A stretch of DNA of 64,000 bases from an uncultured delta proteobacterium (GTDB lineage Bacteria; Desulfobacterota; Binatia; UBA9968). The notes beneath the pieces were generated by a model. It made no database searches, was not told the origin of the DNA, and saw nothing but the letters and a program-made list of their open reading frames with translations. Positions 1-9,699 of this stretch are shown here, in pieces (positions within the stretch are counted from its first letter, which is position 1; each line of letters opens with the position of its first letter). Position numbers and translations under genes: made by a program. The stretch covers positions 1 through 64,000 of the forward strand of contig CAWJBB010000039.1 of the NCBI GenBank assembly GCA_963840855.1, in the 5' to 3' direction.

Positions 1-433
1 CAGCTGGCGAAGCGTTAGGGGGGGCCGGTATTTTCGTAAGCTCGTCACGTATTGATGATAGGAATTTGCTTTTTGGGGGGGTTGGTCACTGAGCACTCAT
101 AATTACCCCGACGACCCCGTGGGAGCCCCTGTTCCAGAGCTTCAAGTTTGAGGACAGTCCAGAGGTTTCGCTTCGCGCCAATGCACACGTTCAAAGTGCC
201 ATGCTGCAGATTCAACGACAGCGCCCACCCCATACTTTTGGCTAAGGAGAGCACGCTCAGAATGCGGCGAATACCAAGCTCTCCTTGTTCGGGGGCTCTA
301 GCTACTTTCCGGTGCAAAAATCATTTTTTAAGAATCGGCAGAACTAGAAAAATCTAGACAGTGTTCTCTTTAAATAATTAATTTCTTTGCTATCTAACTT
401 AACTAGAAGCTCACCCCTCTATTTTGGCTTGGT

Positions 434-598
434 AAGAATTCGGATGGGACGATTTCCCATCTATTGCCGCCGGAGTATCATGCTGACCCGCTTTGCTTCT
501 ATCATTTCGGTTGGGACTTGTTAGATGCTCTGACAAGTCTAGGTTTCCGCGACACACTGGCTTTAATTTATTGGTCGGGTGAACCGGGGTATCTCGGG
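434..598 (+). pseudogene. 3' fragment of a class I SAM methyltransferase, paralogue of 22069-23019
   Basis: Close DNA and protein match to 22762-22945 (DGTISHLLPPEYH.DPL-CFYHFGWDLL..L.SLGFRDT.ALIYWS.E.GYLG) with a short in-frame deletion; no 5' part. Confidence 0.85.
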
Positions 599-600
599 AT

Positions 601-690
601 CAGAAAGGCCTCGTCTGCAAACCGATATCGGGTTGACATGATCGCTCAAATATTGGATATTTTTTGCCCAAGGCTCGGCGTATCGGGCCA
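601..690 (+). repeat. Duplicated ~90-bp intergenic promoter element, copy 1 (copy 2 at 24833-24920)
   Basis: ctgcaaaccgatatcg(g/a)gttgacatgatcgct...tcggcgtatcggg shared between both sites. Confidence 0.8.
633..661 (+). promoter_or_regulatory. Putative sigma70 promoter
   Basis: TTGACA-N17-GATATT, conserved in the second copy of the element. Confidence 0.55.
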
Positions 691-938
691 GTGCGCTTTC
701 TTTGATGGCTAATGGAGTTTCTCAAACACAAGCTGACGTCGGGTTGTTCGGGCGTTTTGAAATGTCGAGCGGCCCGGCTGGCGCTGCCTACCAACGGAGC
801 GGAGGATTATCGGGCTCGGATATGATCTAACGTCCCATCCAATGATCGTCGCGCTCGATTTGCAATCGTGTACTGGGTGGCACGACCTCGAGCCGATGAT
901 CACTTGAAGGGTCTGCACCTCTCACCGCAGCTGTCGAC

Positions 939-1970
939 ATGAACCTTCCGCGAACGTTAAGACCCATATGGAGGCTCAAAGCCCTCAAGAACCTGATTCT
1001 TGAGAAGTTGGATGCGTTGCTGCGCGACAGCCGGTCAGGCCTCGATAACGACATCCTGATTCTTGAGAAGTTGGATGCGTTGCTGAGCGAGAGCCGGTCA
1101 GGCCGCGATAACGACACCGTTATCATGGAAATGCTCCGGAGCCTCGAACAAAAAACCGGTTTGTCTCATAGCCGCCTCTTCCTGCCTTTTGAGGAGAGAG
1201 AACTGTCTTATGTGATCCTCAAGCAGGAACGCATACATCAACCCTGTAACACGAGCGATCTGCCACTCCCCCCTCCTCACTTGCTCCTGGGTCACGAAGA
1301 TGCAGCGCAATTCCTGAACTGGGGGGAGCTACATTTTTCTGCCATGGCACGTATACTGAAAGATTCAGGATCTCCTCTTGCCCGCGGGCAAACGATTCTG
1401 GACTTTGGTTGCGGCAGTGGCAGATTGATCCGATGGCTCTGTGATATGGCCGAGGGTAGCGAGATCTGGGGTGTTGATATCCGGGCAGAGCATCTTCTGT
1501 GGTGTAAGCAAAACCTTCAACCACCATTCCATTTTGCTGTCACCACCATCGTGCCTCACTTACCCTTCGAAGACAATCATTTCGACTTGATCTACGCCGG
1601 TTCCGTGTTCACCCATATTGACGATCTCGTCGATAGCTGGTTGCTCGAGCTGAGAAGAGTATTGAAGCCCAACGGAAAGCTCTATATAACCATTCACGAC
1701 AACACCAGCATTTCAAGGTTAAAGAATGATCTCCGTGAGCATTCTCTTGGTAAGCTATATAACTCCTATCCTGAATTTGTGGATTACACGAGCCGGGATT
1801 TTGCGTTCTTTACTATCGGGCGGTCCGACGAATCGCAGGTCTTTTACGACTTGAGCTATTTTTGCGATAGGGTCGATGACCTTTATCGAGTCTTAACGAC
1901 AGAACAGAATGCATACGGCCATCAGACAGCGATTTTACTGCAGAAGCCTGGCCCGCAGGTTAATACTTAG
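939..1970 (+). CDS. Class I SAM-dependent methyltransferase
   Basis: ILDFGCGSGR motif I, GVDI, LPFEDNHFDLIYAGSVFTH, ELRRVLKPNG. Confidence 0.9.
   Translation: MNLPRTLRPIWRLKALKNLILEKLDALLRDSRSGLDNDILILEKLDALLSESRSGRDNDTVIMEMLRSLEQKTGLSHSRLFLPFEERELSYVILKQERIHQPCNTSDLPLPPPHLLLGHEDAAQFLNWGELHFSAMARILKDSGSPLARGQTILDFGCGSGRLIRWLCDMAEGSEIWGVDIRAEHLLWCKQNLQPPFHFAVTTIVPHLPFEDNHFDLIYAGSVFTHIDDLVDSWLLELRRVLKPNGKLYITIHDNTSISRLKNDLREHSLGKLYNSYPEFVDYTSRDFAFFTIGRSDESQVFYDLSYFCDRVDDLYRVLTTEQNAYGHQTAILLQKPGPQVNT
993..1118 (+). repeat. 63-bp in-frame tandem duplication (2 copies)
   Basis: LILEKLDALLRDSRSGLDNDI / LILEKLDALLSESRSGRDNDT; units start at 993 and 1056. Confidence 0.95.
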
Positions 1971-2101
1971 CTGCGTCGCGATCTCCCTTGCGGCGCCTTC
2001 GTCAGTTCAAGAGAGGTATGACGAGTAGGTCTGCTAAAGATCAACGTTCCCGCAGATCGGGCTGACTGCAGCTCGTGGCCCTTACAAAATAGTTCTCTGG
2101 T

Positions 2102-3160
2102 TTATTTGCTATGTTCAACTACAAACGGCTGGTCCGTCCACTCCTTAGCGGAGGCATCGATGGCGAGACCTGCATTCCCATTGTTTTCAGTCTTCAACGC
2201 CTCTGAACGGCGATTGTAAATTCCCTTAAGCTTGCAGGCCCTGAAGGCGTTACGGTAGGCTCGGTGGAGCAAGTCTGTGGTCATGTCGTCGAGCTCTAAT
2301 CCCAGCTCGAGCTTGAGGTTAGCAATCCGGTCCAGTTCCCGCGCCGAGCGCATAACAGCTTTGTAAACCGTTTCGATTTTTTGCCACTCTTCTTCGGCAC
2401 CAATCATTTCGGTCCAATTCTGAATTTCCGCGTCCGGATGGAGCTGACTAAAAACATACTGCGACTCACCCTGCCGTATAAGACGCGCACAAAAGGCATC
2501 AAAAGAAATGTCGCGGACCATCGTACTCACTGCTTGCGCATTGTAGACTACCTTAAAATTGTGCTTGGACAAGCGGTAACCGAGCTCTATATCTTCGCAA
2601 CCAAAGCGAAACACCGGATTGAATACACCGTGTTCGATGAGAAATTTGCGCTTGCAAGAGGAACGCCCACCCCAAAAGTAAGTGTAATCGAGCACATCCC
2701 CATCTTTCAGATTAGGATAAGAAAATAGATAGCAGCCAACCTTCGTTACGTAACGCAGTAAGGGTTTTTGTGCCAAGGTTGAGTCTAAATCAGTATAGCC
2801 AAGCACGGCGAAATGGTTGTCTGGATATTGACTGTGTGTTTTCAAATGTTCCTCGAACAGCTTCGGGCTGCAGACATCATCGTCATCGAGAAATAGAAGC
2901 AATGGTGCTCGGGAACAATAGATGCCGTGATTTTTAGCAGAGGCGAGCCCAGCATTGGCCTGATATGCGTAACGGACAGGAAGACGGCGCTCGAAAGACT
3001 CAACAGCTTTCCGGGTATGATCGGACGAACCGTCGTCGATAACGATCAATTCAAAGTCAGACCGGTCCAGAGACTGTCCGACAATACTTTCCAAGGTTTG
3101 CGACAGCAATTCAGCACGATTAAACGTGCATAGAATAGCGCTGAGCGACGGACCATTCAT
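2102..3160 (-). CDS. GT2 family glycosyltransferase
   Basis: SAILCTFNRA, VIDDGSSD, FLDDDD, GCEDIELGYRL; probable start ATG at 3160. Confidence 0.92.
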   Translation of the reverse strand: MNGPSLSAILCTFNRAELLSQTLESIVGQSLDRSDFELIVIDDGSSDHTRKAVESFERRLPVRYAYQANAGLASAKNHGIYCSRAPLLLFLDDDDVCSPKLFEEHLKTHSQYPDNHFAVLGYTDLDSTLAQKPLLRYVTKVGCYLFSYPNLKDGDVLDYTYFWGGRSSCKRKFLIEHGVFNPVFRFGCEDIELGYRLSKHNFKVVYNAQAVSTMVRDISFDAFCARLIRQGESQYVFSQLHPDAEIQNWTEMIGAEEEWQKIETVYKAVMRSARELDRIANLKLELGLELDDMTTDLLHRAYRNAFRACKLKGIYNRRSEALKTENNGNAGLAIDASAKEWTDQPFVVEHSK

Positions 3161-3174
3161 AGTGAGACGCCACC

Positions 3175-3888
3175 TCAAGATGCATACGATTCTAATATGA
3201 AAAATGCCTCGTCCGGTGAAAGGCAGGGTCGACGCGAAAGAAACTCTTCCATTTCTCTACTGGCTTGTTCATGTTGATAATACGATACCGACTTGCGTAG
3301 GTAGTGGGCGATTGGCACCGCGTCGACAATACCCATCTTTAGTCCAGCGTTACCGATAATCTGCGGCCAGAAAAAATCATAACCCCAGCCCATGGGTGAA
3401 GCGTCGTCAAAAGGAAAAATTAACGGGAAGGCTCTCCGGTGAACAGAAAAAAGCGGGCCAATCTCAACAAAACGTGTCCAACGCGCTATCAGGCCGTCCA
3501 GTTGCTCGACGAAAGGGTGATCGATAAAGCTGTCATGAGTCCTAGCAGGTTGCGCTAGCGCGAAGTCATAACGCATTACTAATTGAAGATAGCGGTCGAG
3601 AAAATTCTCGGGGAAATTGATATCGTCGTCGCAAACAATGACAAATTCAAAGGCGTCAATATTGGTTTCTGCCAGTAACTGGTTCAAAAGCGAAAATTTC
3701 ATGGCGGGAGGAATTACCTTCCGTACGGTGACACCAGCTATTTCCTCGGGAATCGGGGCTGTTCCCAACCCAACCCAGCGTTGTTCCACTTCCCATCGGC
3801 TGCTTTTGCCAAGCTCGCTTTTGATTTGGCAGATATAGCTAGGTTTATCGAGCAAATATATCCCAACAATCAGCACCGAATCACTCAT
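3175..3888 (-). CDS. GT-A fold, DUF707-like putative glycosyltransferase
   Basis: VCDDDI, LAQPA, FVEIGP, GWGYD motifs; start overlaps the upstream stop. Confidence 0.7.
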   Translation of the reverse strand: MSDSVLIVGIYLLDKPSYICQIKSELGKSSRWEVEQRWVGLGTAPIPEEIAGVTVRKVIPPAMKFSLLNQLLAETNIDAFEFVIVCDDDINFPENFLDRYLQLVMRYDFALAQPARTHDSFIDHPFVEQLDGLIARWTRFVEIGPLFSVHRRAFPLIFPFDDASPMGWGYDFFWPQIIGNAGLKMGIVDAVPIAHYLRKSVSYYQHEQASREMEEFLSRRPCLSPDEAFFILESYAS

Positions 3889-6281
3889 AAGACCTCGGCG
3901 ACCAACGAGCGTCCATCCGACTCAGTGGCGAAAATTTTCGCTATCTTCTTTTGGACCACGGCTCTCGCGAAGGTTGTTTGTATGTGCGACAAAGCATTGT
4001 GTGACATTTCTTCCCAAAGTAGACCATCCGTGTACAGACGCACGACTGCTCTGGCAAATGCAGCAGCCGAATCCGCTATCAGTATATGTTTTCCGTCGAT
4101 GAGATTCATCCCTTCAGCACCTATCGAGGTGGTCACAACCGGCAAGCCAAAGCTCATACTGTGCGCTATCTTCCCCTTGATCCCTGCGCCGTAGCGCAAC
4201 GGCGCCACGAAAACCCGGCAAAGATCAAGATAAGGCGTCAGATCCGGCACATAACCTACGGCGAAAACATCTCCGCTTGCAAGAGACTGCACTGTCTCTG
4301 TTATGTGGCTGCCAACTATGTAAAAGACCACACCGGGTATGTCTTGGCGTATCAAGGGAAGAATTTCCTTGACAAAGTAACACACAGCGTCCTCATTGGG
4401 GCTATGGGCATAATGACCGACGAATAAGAGGTCCTGACGACCGCGTAGCGGCTTTACGCTGTCAGCGCAGGCATGAATCGTCGGGATAACTTCCACTTTT
4501 GCATAAGCTACCTCCTTGAGTATTTGTCCCTTTTCCTGATCCGTGACTGCAAAAACAACGTCGGCTGCCGCAGCGTTGAACCGCTCCATTCGTCTGTAAG
4601 CCTCAGATTTTTCACGGAGAACGTCATCATTCTTGATTTCTGACCCGCGTTCCATTCGTAGCCAATGCAGGTCTACGGGGTCATAAATAACTTGGGCGTT
4701 GATGGCATAGGCCCTACTGGCCGGAAGGTAACGGTACGCCACTTCGGGATAAGAGAGGACAACCCAGTGGTACTGATAACCCTTCTCATTCAGGTGATGC
4801 ATGATATCTTTAGATCCGTAAAGCACCTCGATGTTAAGTCGCTCGAATATTATTTCATATTGGTTTAATTCTTCCTCGCAGCCAAACAACCAAACATGCT
4901 CTAACTTCTCACGATCCGCGCCAAAGACGACACGGTAACCTTCTTCACGCAGAATCTGCAGGATAGTAAATGCGCGCAACGCGCCGGCGGATCGATCCGT
5001 AGTGGGCAGCCAGTGATCTAGGACCAGCACGGATGGGACGCTGGCGGACGGACATCGAAGACAAGCGTCTAGGGTCAAACCATCTCGAGGTCCTCTCCGA
5101 AGCACAATCATTTCCGAAGACGAATCAGGAATTTCAGCACGCGGCCTTTCAATGATAGATGGCTGCGGGCCGTCGGGGGGTGAGATTTCGTTTGGAGAGG
5201 TTAAGTTGGTAGCTTCATAAGGGATGTCAATTTTTTTTTTTGAACCGCGCTTTACGGGTTCCGTGAAGAAGAAGTGAAGATATCTAAAAACCGCGGACTT
5301 CTCCCTTGCTTCACGATACTTGTTGAGCGCTTTCCATCCAATAGTATCCTTTATCGTTGCAAGCTCCTGCTCGTGCGCCTGCGCGGCTGCCTGGAGCTGG
5401 TCTAACGCCTGCTCTTGACCTTGGACCGTTAGCTGAAGCTGTTTGATCTCCTGATTCAACTGATCCCGCTCTGCTTGGACCCTTGCCTGAAGCTGTTTGA
5501 TCTTCTGATTCAACTGATCCCGCTCTGCTTGGAGCCTGAGTTGACCTTGAACCCGCGACTGAAACTGATCCCGCTCTGCTGCAAGTGTCAGCCGTAACCC
5601 AAGTTGAAAGAAGAAATTTCTGATTGTTAAAACCTCTTCCCATGAAGCCTCCAAGAGCCTTTGAAAAGCTTCCGGCTGCTCTGGACCCACTGCAAGCACA
5701 CCCAGGCCGTGACCATGAATAAACTCAAAGTAGGGGTATCGCTCTTTCACCTCGTCCCATAGTCTCCACACACCAAAATCGACCTCCCGCACGTTGATAT
5801 CATGAAAGAGAATAACACCGCGGGAGCTTGTTTTGGGAAGCCACGATTCAAAATCGTGTCTGACGCCTTCGTATGTATGATAGCCGTCGATATGTAGAAG
5901 ATCGATCAAACCGTCGGAGAAGTGCTTCAAAGCGTCATCGAAAGTGCTCTTTACTAGACTGGAGAAGTTTCCGTAAAGGGGGTCATGATGTGCGCGGAGA
6001 TCGGCAAAGACTTCAGGACCGTAAAAACCCGCATGAGAATCCCTTTCCCAATTATCAATCGCGTAACAGCGTGTGCCCAGATCGAGCTCTTGAACAGCTT
6101 GGCAAAAGGCGCAATAGGAATCTCCATAATTTGTTCCTAATTCTACAAACAGATTCGGCCTCAAGACATCTACCAAGAACATGGCAAACGGGATGTGTTC
6201 GTGCCAAGCGGAAAAAGGCATTAGGCGTCTTGGACTCGAAAAAAGAACAGGATGATTTAATGGATTCAAAGAAACGTGCAT
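3885..6281 (-). CDS. Fusion: class I methyltransferase (Methyltransf_24-like) + coiled coil + GT4 glycosyltransferase
   Basis: VELGTNYGDS and LLHIDGYHTYE at the N-terminus; Q/E/L-rich heptads; VAPLRYGAGIKGK..SMSFGLPVVTTSIGAEG at the C-terminus. Confidence 0.88.
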   Translation of the reverse strand: MHVSLNPLNHPVLFSSPRRLMPFSAWHEHIPFAMFLVDVLRPNLFVELGTNYGDSYCAFCQAVQELDLGTRCYAIDNWERDSHAGFYGPEVFADLRAHHDPLYGNFSSLVKSTFDDALKHFSDGLIDLLHIDGYHTYEGVRHDFESWLPKTSSRGVILFHDINVREVDFGVWRLWDEVKERYPYFEFIHGHGLGVLAVGPEQPEAFQRLLEASWEEVLTIRNFFFQLGLRLTLAAERDQFQSRVQGQLRLQAERDQLNQKIKQLQARVQAERDQLNQEIKQLQLTVQGQEQALDQLQAAAQAHEQELATIKDTIGWKALNKYREAREKSAVFRYLHFFFTEPVKRGSKKKIDIPYEATNLTSPNEISPPDGPQPSIIERPRAEIPDSSSEMIVLRRGPRDGLTLDACLRCPSASVPSVLVLDHWLPTTDRSAGALRAFTILQILREEGYRVVFGADREKLEHVWLFGCEEELNQYEIIFERLNIEVLYGSKDIMHHLNEKGYQYHWVVLSYPEVAYRYLPASRAYAINAQVIYDPVDLHWLRMERGSEIKNDDVLREKSEAYRRMERFNAAAADVVFAVTDQEKGQILKEVAYAKVEVIPTIHACADSVKPLRGRQDLLFVGHYAHSPNEDAVCYFVKEILPLIRQDIPGVVFYIVGSHITETVQSLASGDVFAVGYVPDLTPYLDLCRVFVAPLRYGAGIKGKIAHSMSFGLPVVTTSIGAEGMNLIDGKHILIADSAAAFARAVVRLYTDGLLWEEMSHNALSHIQTTFARAVVQKKIAKIFATESDGRSLVAEVL
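5433..5580 (-). repeat. 54/51-bp in-frame repeats in the coiled coil
   Basis: actgatcccgctctgct at 5459, 5513 and 5564; AERDQ x3. Confidence 0.9.
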
Positions 6282-7013
6282 GGGGTAGTTTACTCCTACT
6301 CTATGACATCATAATTCACGGAGCCAAACCATTGGAGGTTGATTCGATAGCTTAATAGATCTTCATGCGTAATGTCTCTTAACGTACCATCACAGCTGCG
6401 CGCAAGCTTTCAAATGTGGAGAAGTCAACTATGAACCTCCTATTCGTGTTTGCCAAACAGACCAAACCAACATATGCCGGGTGCTTACTAAATTACAACC
6501 CGATGGGTTAAACTCAAAGGCCCCGAATTCATCTGTATTTCCGTTTTGTAACGCCACAGTTTGGCATCGTAGGTTAGCGGCTAACGCGGATCTTTATGGT
6601 AGCTTTAGGATTGATCGCATTCGTGTTACTTCCGCGTCGTTCTGTTTCCACCGCTGTGCTCGCGCTGATAGTGGGGCTTCTGCTCACTGATATAACAGCG
6701 GTCCTTTCACATGTCATGACTGGAAGCCGTCGCGCTTGCCTTGATGTTGCGACTTATTTGATTGGCGTATGGCTGCGAGCCGACGGCATGGCACAGTCCT
6801 CACTTGGGAATTCCTTTGCTCTTGGTACTCTGGCCGGCTTTGCGATATTTGAAAAGCTTAGTTTATTTGTATTGCTATTGCCCCTTGCTGACCGATTTCA
6901 CGGAACGTACCCACCCAATTTCAACGAAGGGACCCACCTGATTTCAAGGAAGGGACCCACCCAATTTCAGGTGGTCCCCTTCGTTTCTGAGCGAGCCGAC
7001 GAACGATGCTACC

Positions 7014-8558
7014 TTGGCCAACTGGAGGAGGATCCAGTTAATGGCCAAAGAAAGGACCAGCGTTCGTATGCGAGCTCAAATCAAAACCCTGTCCGAACAG
7101 GGGCACTCCGTTCGCCGTATTGCCCGGATACTTCGGCTTTCGCGCAGGACGGTGCGGAAGTTTTTGGAGCCCACCGCAGAGCCGCCCAGTGAGAGCGGTG
7201 GTTGGGTTGAGACGGTTGACTGGGAGTATGTCCGCCAGGAAGTCTATGGCAAAGGGACCACGGTCAAGCAGATCCAGCGGGAGGTGGCCCCCGAGACAGG
7301 GTATGTAAAGTTTTGGCGTCAGTTTCGGGAAAAGGTTAGTGTGCAAGCCTCACCCGATCAAGTGACTATCCGGCTTCATCACAAGCCTGCGGAAAAAACC
7401 CAGATCGATTTTTCAGACGGTCTGTTTATCACCGAGCGAGGGACGGGAAACAAGACACTGACCCAGTTTTTCTTAGGGGTTCTGCCCTTCAGCTCGTATA
7501 CCTTCGGGGAATTCGTTCTAGATCAGAAGCTTTCCACCTTCATCGGGGTCCAGCAGCGCATGTTCGCCTACTTTGGTGGGATAACCCCCTACGTAGTGGT
7601 GGACAATCTCAAGAGCGGTGTCCACAAGGCCGATCTGTACGACCCCGATGTAAATCCCACCTACTGTGATTTTGCCAATCACATGGGCTTTGCGGTACTG
7701 CCGGCCAGACCCTACAAGGCCCGGGACAAGGGCTCTGGGGAATGCCACATCGGAGTGATCCAAAGAGGGTTTTTCCAGGAGGTCCGTAACCGGGTCTTCT
7801 ATTCTCTCCAAGATCTCAATCAAACCCTCAGGGAATATCTTCATCGGTTGAACCGCGAGGTGATGAAAGACTACGGGGTGAGCCGCAACCAGCGCTTCGA
7901 GCAAGAGAAAAAGCAATTAAAGGCCCTGCCACCCTCTCCCTTCGAGTTAAGCGAGTGGCGCCAGGCTAAAGTCCATCCCGACTGCCATATCCAAGTGGAG
8001 AAAAACTTCTACTCGGTCCCCTTTGTCTACGTCAGCCAAAGGGTCCGGGTCAGGCTCACCGAGAAAATTGTGGAAGTGTTTAGTGAGGACAGCCAGCCCC
8101 TTACCGCTCACACCAGACTGATGGGGATCGGACAGTTCTCCACCTATGATTTCCATTATCCCGAAGCCAAGCTGAGCGTGGCGCGCTTTGAAGTCCGTCA
8201 CGCTCAAGAACAGGCCAAAAAGCTTGGCCCCCATGTCGAGAAGTTACTCGATGATCTGCTCTCAGGCCAACATCCCTTGCGCCATCTAAGACGGGTCCAA
8301 GGAATCTTGCGGCTTGCCAAACGCTATCCCATCACGGCTGAAGCTTTGGACCATGCATGCCAGCGGGCGATTGTCTTCAACAAGACACGGCTCGCCTACA
8401 TCAAAGACTGCGCCCTTTACTTTGTTAGCCACGGCCAAAGACCCACGCTTCTTCCCCCGCAGAGAAAGCTGGATACCGTGCATCTACACCAATACGCTGC
8501 CAACTCGGGCTCAGATTCTGAACTGTCGCTGCCGTCGGTGGAGGAGGAACTGCTATGA
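7014..8558 (+). CDS. istA: IS21 transposase IstA
   Basis: N-terminal HTH, QIDF, VVDNLKSGV, PARPYKARDKG.GE, NFYSVPF; start may be ATG 7041. Confidence 0.95.
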   Translation: MANWRRIQLMAKERTSVRMRAQIKTLSEQGHSVRRIARILRLSRRTVRKFLEPTAEPPSESGGWVETVDWEYVRQEVYGKGTTVKQIQREVAPETGYVKFWRQFREKVSVQASPDQVTIRLHHKPAEKTQIDFSDGLFITERGTGNKTLTQFFLGVLPFSSYTFGEFVLDQKLSTFIGVQQRMFAYFGGITPYVVVDNLKSGVHKADLYDPDVNPTYCDFANHMGFAVLPARPYKARDKGSGECHIGVIQRGFFQEVRNRVFYSLQDLNQTLREYLHRLNREVMKDYGVSRNQRFEQEKKQLKALPPSPFELSEWRQAKVHPDCHIQVEKNFYSVPFVYVSQRVRVRLTEKIVEVFSEDSQPLTAHTRLMGIGQFSTYDFHYPEAKLSVARFEVRHAQEQAKKLGPHVEKLLDDLLSGQHPLRHLRRVQGILRLAKRYPITAEALDHACQRAIVFNKTRLAYIKDCALYFVSHGQRPTLLPPQRKLDTVHLHQYAANSGSDSELSLPSVEEELL

Positions 8559-8728
8559 GCACGAGCTTAAAATCCAGCCCCAACCTGATTTTTTACCTCC
8601 CAGAGCAGGGAGCAGAGAAAAACGACCTCCACAGAGGCCCTATAAACGACGATCTCGCTTTGACCCATACCTTGGGTACCCCCCAAAACAGCCGTTTCAC
8701 CAGGAGGTCTCCCCGCCATGATGCTTGA
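8555..8728 (+). CDS. 57-aa ORF between istA and istB
   Basis: GGAGGAGG RBS, ATGA overlap with the istA stop, overlaps the istB start. Confidence 0.4.
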   Translation: MSTSLKSSPNLIFYLPEQGAEKNDLHRGPINDDLALTHTLGTPQNSRFTRRSPRHDA

Positions 8729-9473
8729 TCAAGTCAGAAACCTTTCCCACCAGATGCGCCTGTTTGGCATCCATGAAGCCTGCGAACGGCAAGCCCAGAT
8801 CGCTTTGTCCCAGCAGCTCCATCCCCTGGAGTTTTTACGCTTGCTGCTCGAAGATGAACTGTTGTCGCGCAAAGACCGAACCGCCAAGGCGCTGGTGACC
8901 AAGGCCCGCTTTCGGTTCCGCGCCGATCTGGAAGACTTAGATTTAGCGTTCCACAAGGATCTGACCAAAGCCAAGATCAAAGAACTCTGCGAGCTCGGCT
9001 TCCTCCATAACCTGGAGAATCTTTTGATTTTAGGTAAAACCGGTTTGGGAAAGACTCATCTAGCGATAGCCTTGGGAAAACGGCTGTGCCAGGAAGGTCA
9101 TCCCACGCAATTCTTGCCAGTCAACTTCCTGTTCGAGGAAATCCAAGCTGCCAGGGCCGCCGGCCGTTACCTCAACTACATCCGTAGTCTCATCAAGGCC
9201 AAGGTTTTGATCCTCGATGACCTGGGGTTAAGAAACTATACCCACGAGGAAGCCACTTCCCTGATGGACATCCTCGAAGAGCGCTACCGCAAGGCTCCCC
9301 TCATCGTTACTTCCCAGGTTGAGCCTCAGGGATGGCTCAAACTGTTTGAAGATCCGGTGATCGCCGAGGCCATCGTGGATCGGCTGATTCATCCATCTCA
9401 GAAAATCACCTTGAAAGGAGAGAAGTCCTATAGAGAAAAACTCACAGAGAAAAAATCAGGATTGAAAAACTAG
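8718..9473 (+). CDS. istB: IS21 helper AAA+ ATPase IstB
   Basis: GKTGLGKT Walker A, LILDDLG Walker B, AIVDRL. Confidence 0.95.
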   Translation: MMLDQVRNLSHQMRLFGIHEACERQAQIALSQQLHPLEFLRLLLEDELLSRKDRTAKALVTKARFRFRADLEDLDLAFHKDLTKAKIKELCELGFLHNLENLLILGKTGLGKTHLAIALGKRLCQEGHPTQFLPVNFLFEEIQAARAAGRYLNYIRSLIKAKVLILDDLGLRNYTHEEATSLMDILEERYRKAPLIVTSQVEPQGWLKLFEDPVIAEAIVDRLIHPSQKITLKGEKSYREKLTEKKSGLKN

Positions 9474-9699
9474 GGAGGCTTATTGTAGACAGTCAAGATA
9501 ACTTCGTCGCTTCGCTCCGCTGAATTGGGTGGTCCCCTTCGTTGAAATCGGGTGGGTCCCTTCAGTGAAATCGAACACCTTGCATTGTTTCTATTTCAAA
9601 AAATCGCCGATCGGTACATTCTCTGGCCTTTGCGAAGTTCGCAGTCAGAACAGTCAAAATGGGGACCGAAGCCAAAACAAAAACCCGGCCTTTCACATT

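Larger units (their letters stand above)
6889..9577 (+). mobile_element. Complete IS21-family element
   Basis: TG...CA ends (TGACCGATTTCAC / TGTTCGATTTCAC), multiple 23-bp subterminal repeats, 6-bp TSD CCTTGC (6883-6888, 9578-9583), istA and istB. Confidence 0.96.

Noticed and set aside
1-430. Short ORFs at the window start
   Set aside because: No recognisable motifs or convincing start signals.
6895-6985. 23-bp periodic repeats resembling a mini-CRISPR or iterons
   Set aside because: No unique spacers; mirrored at 9520-9577; these are IS21 subterminal repeats.
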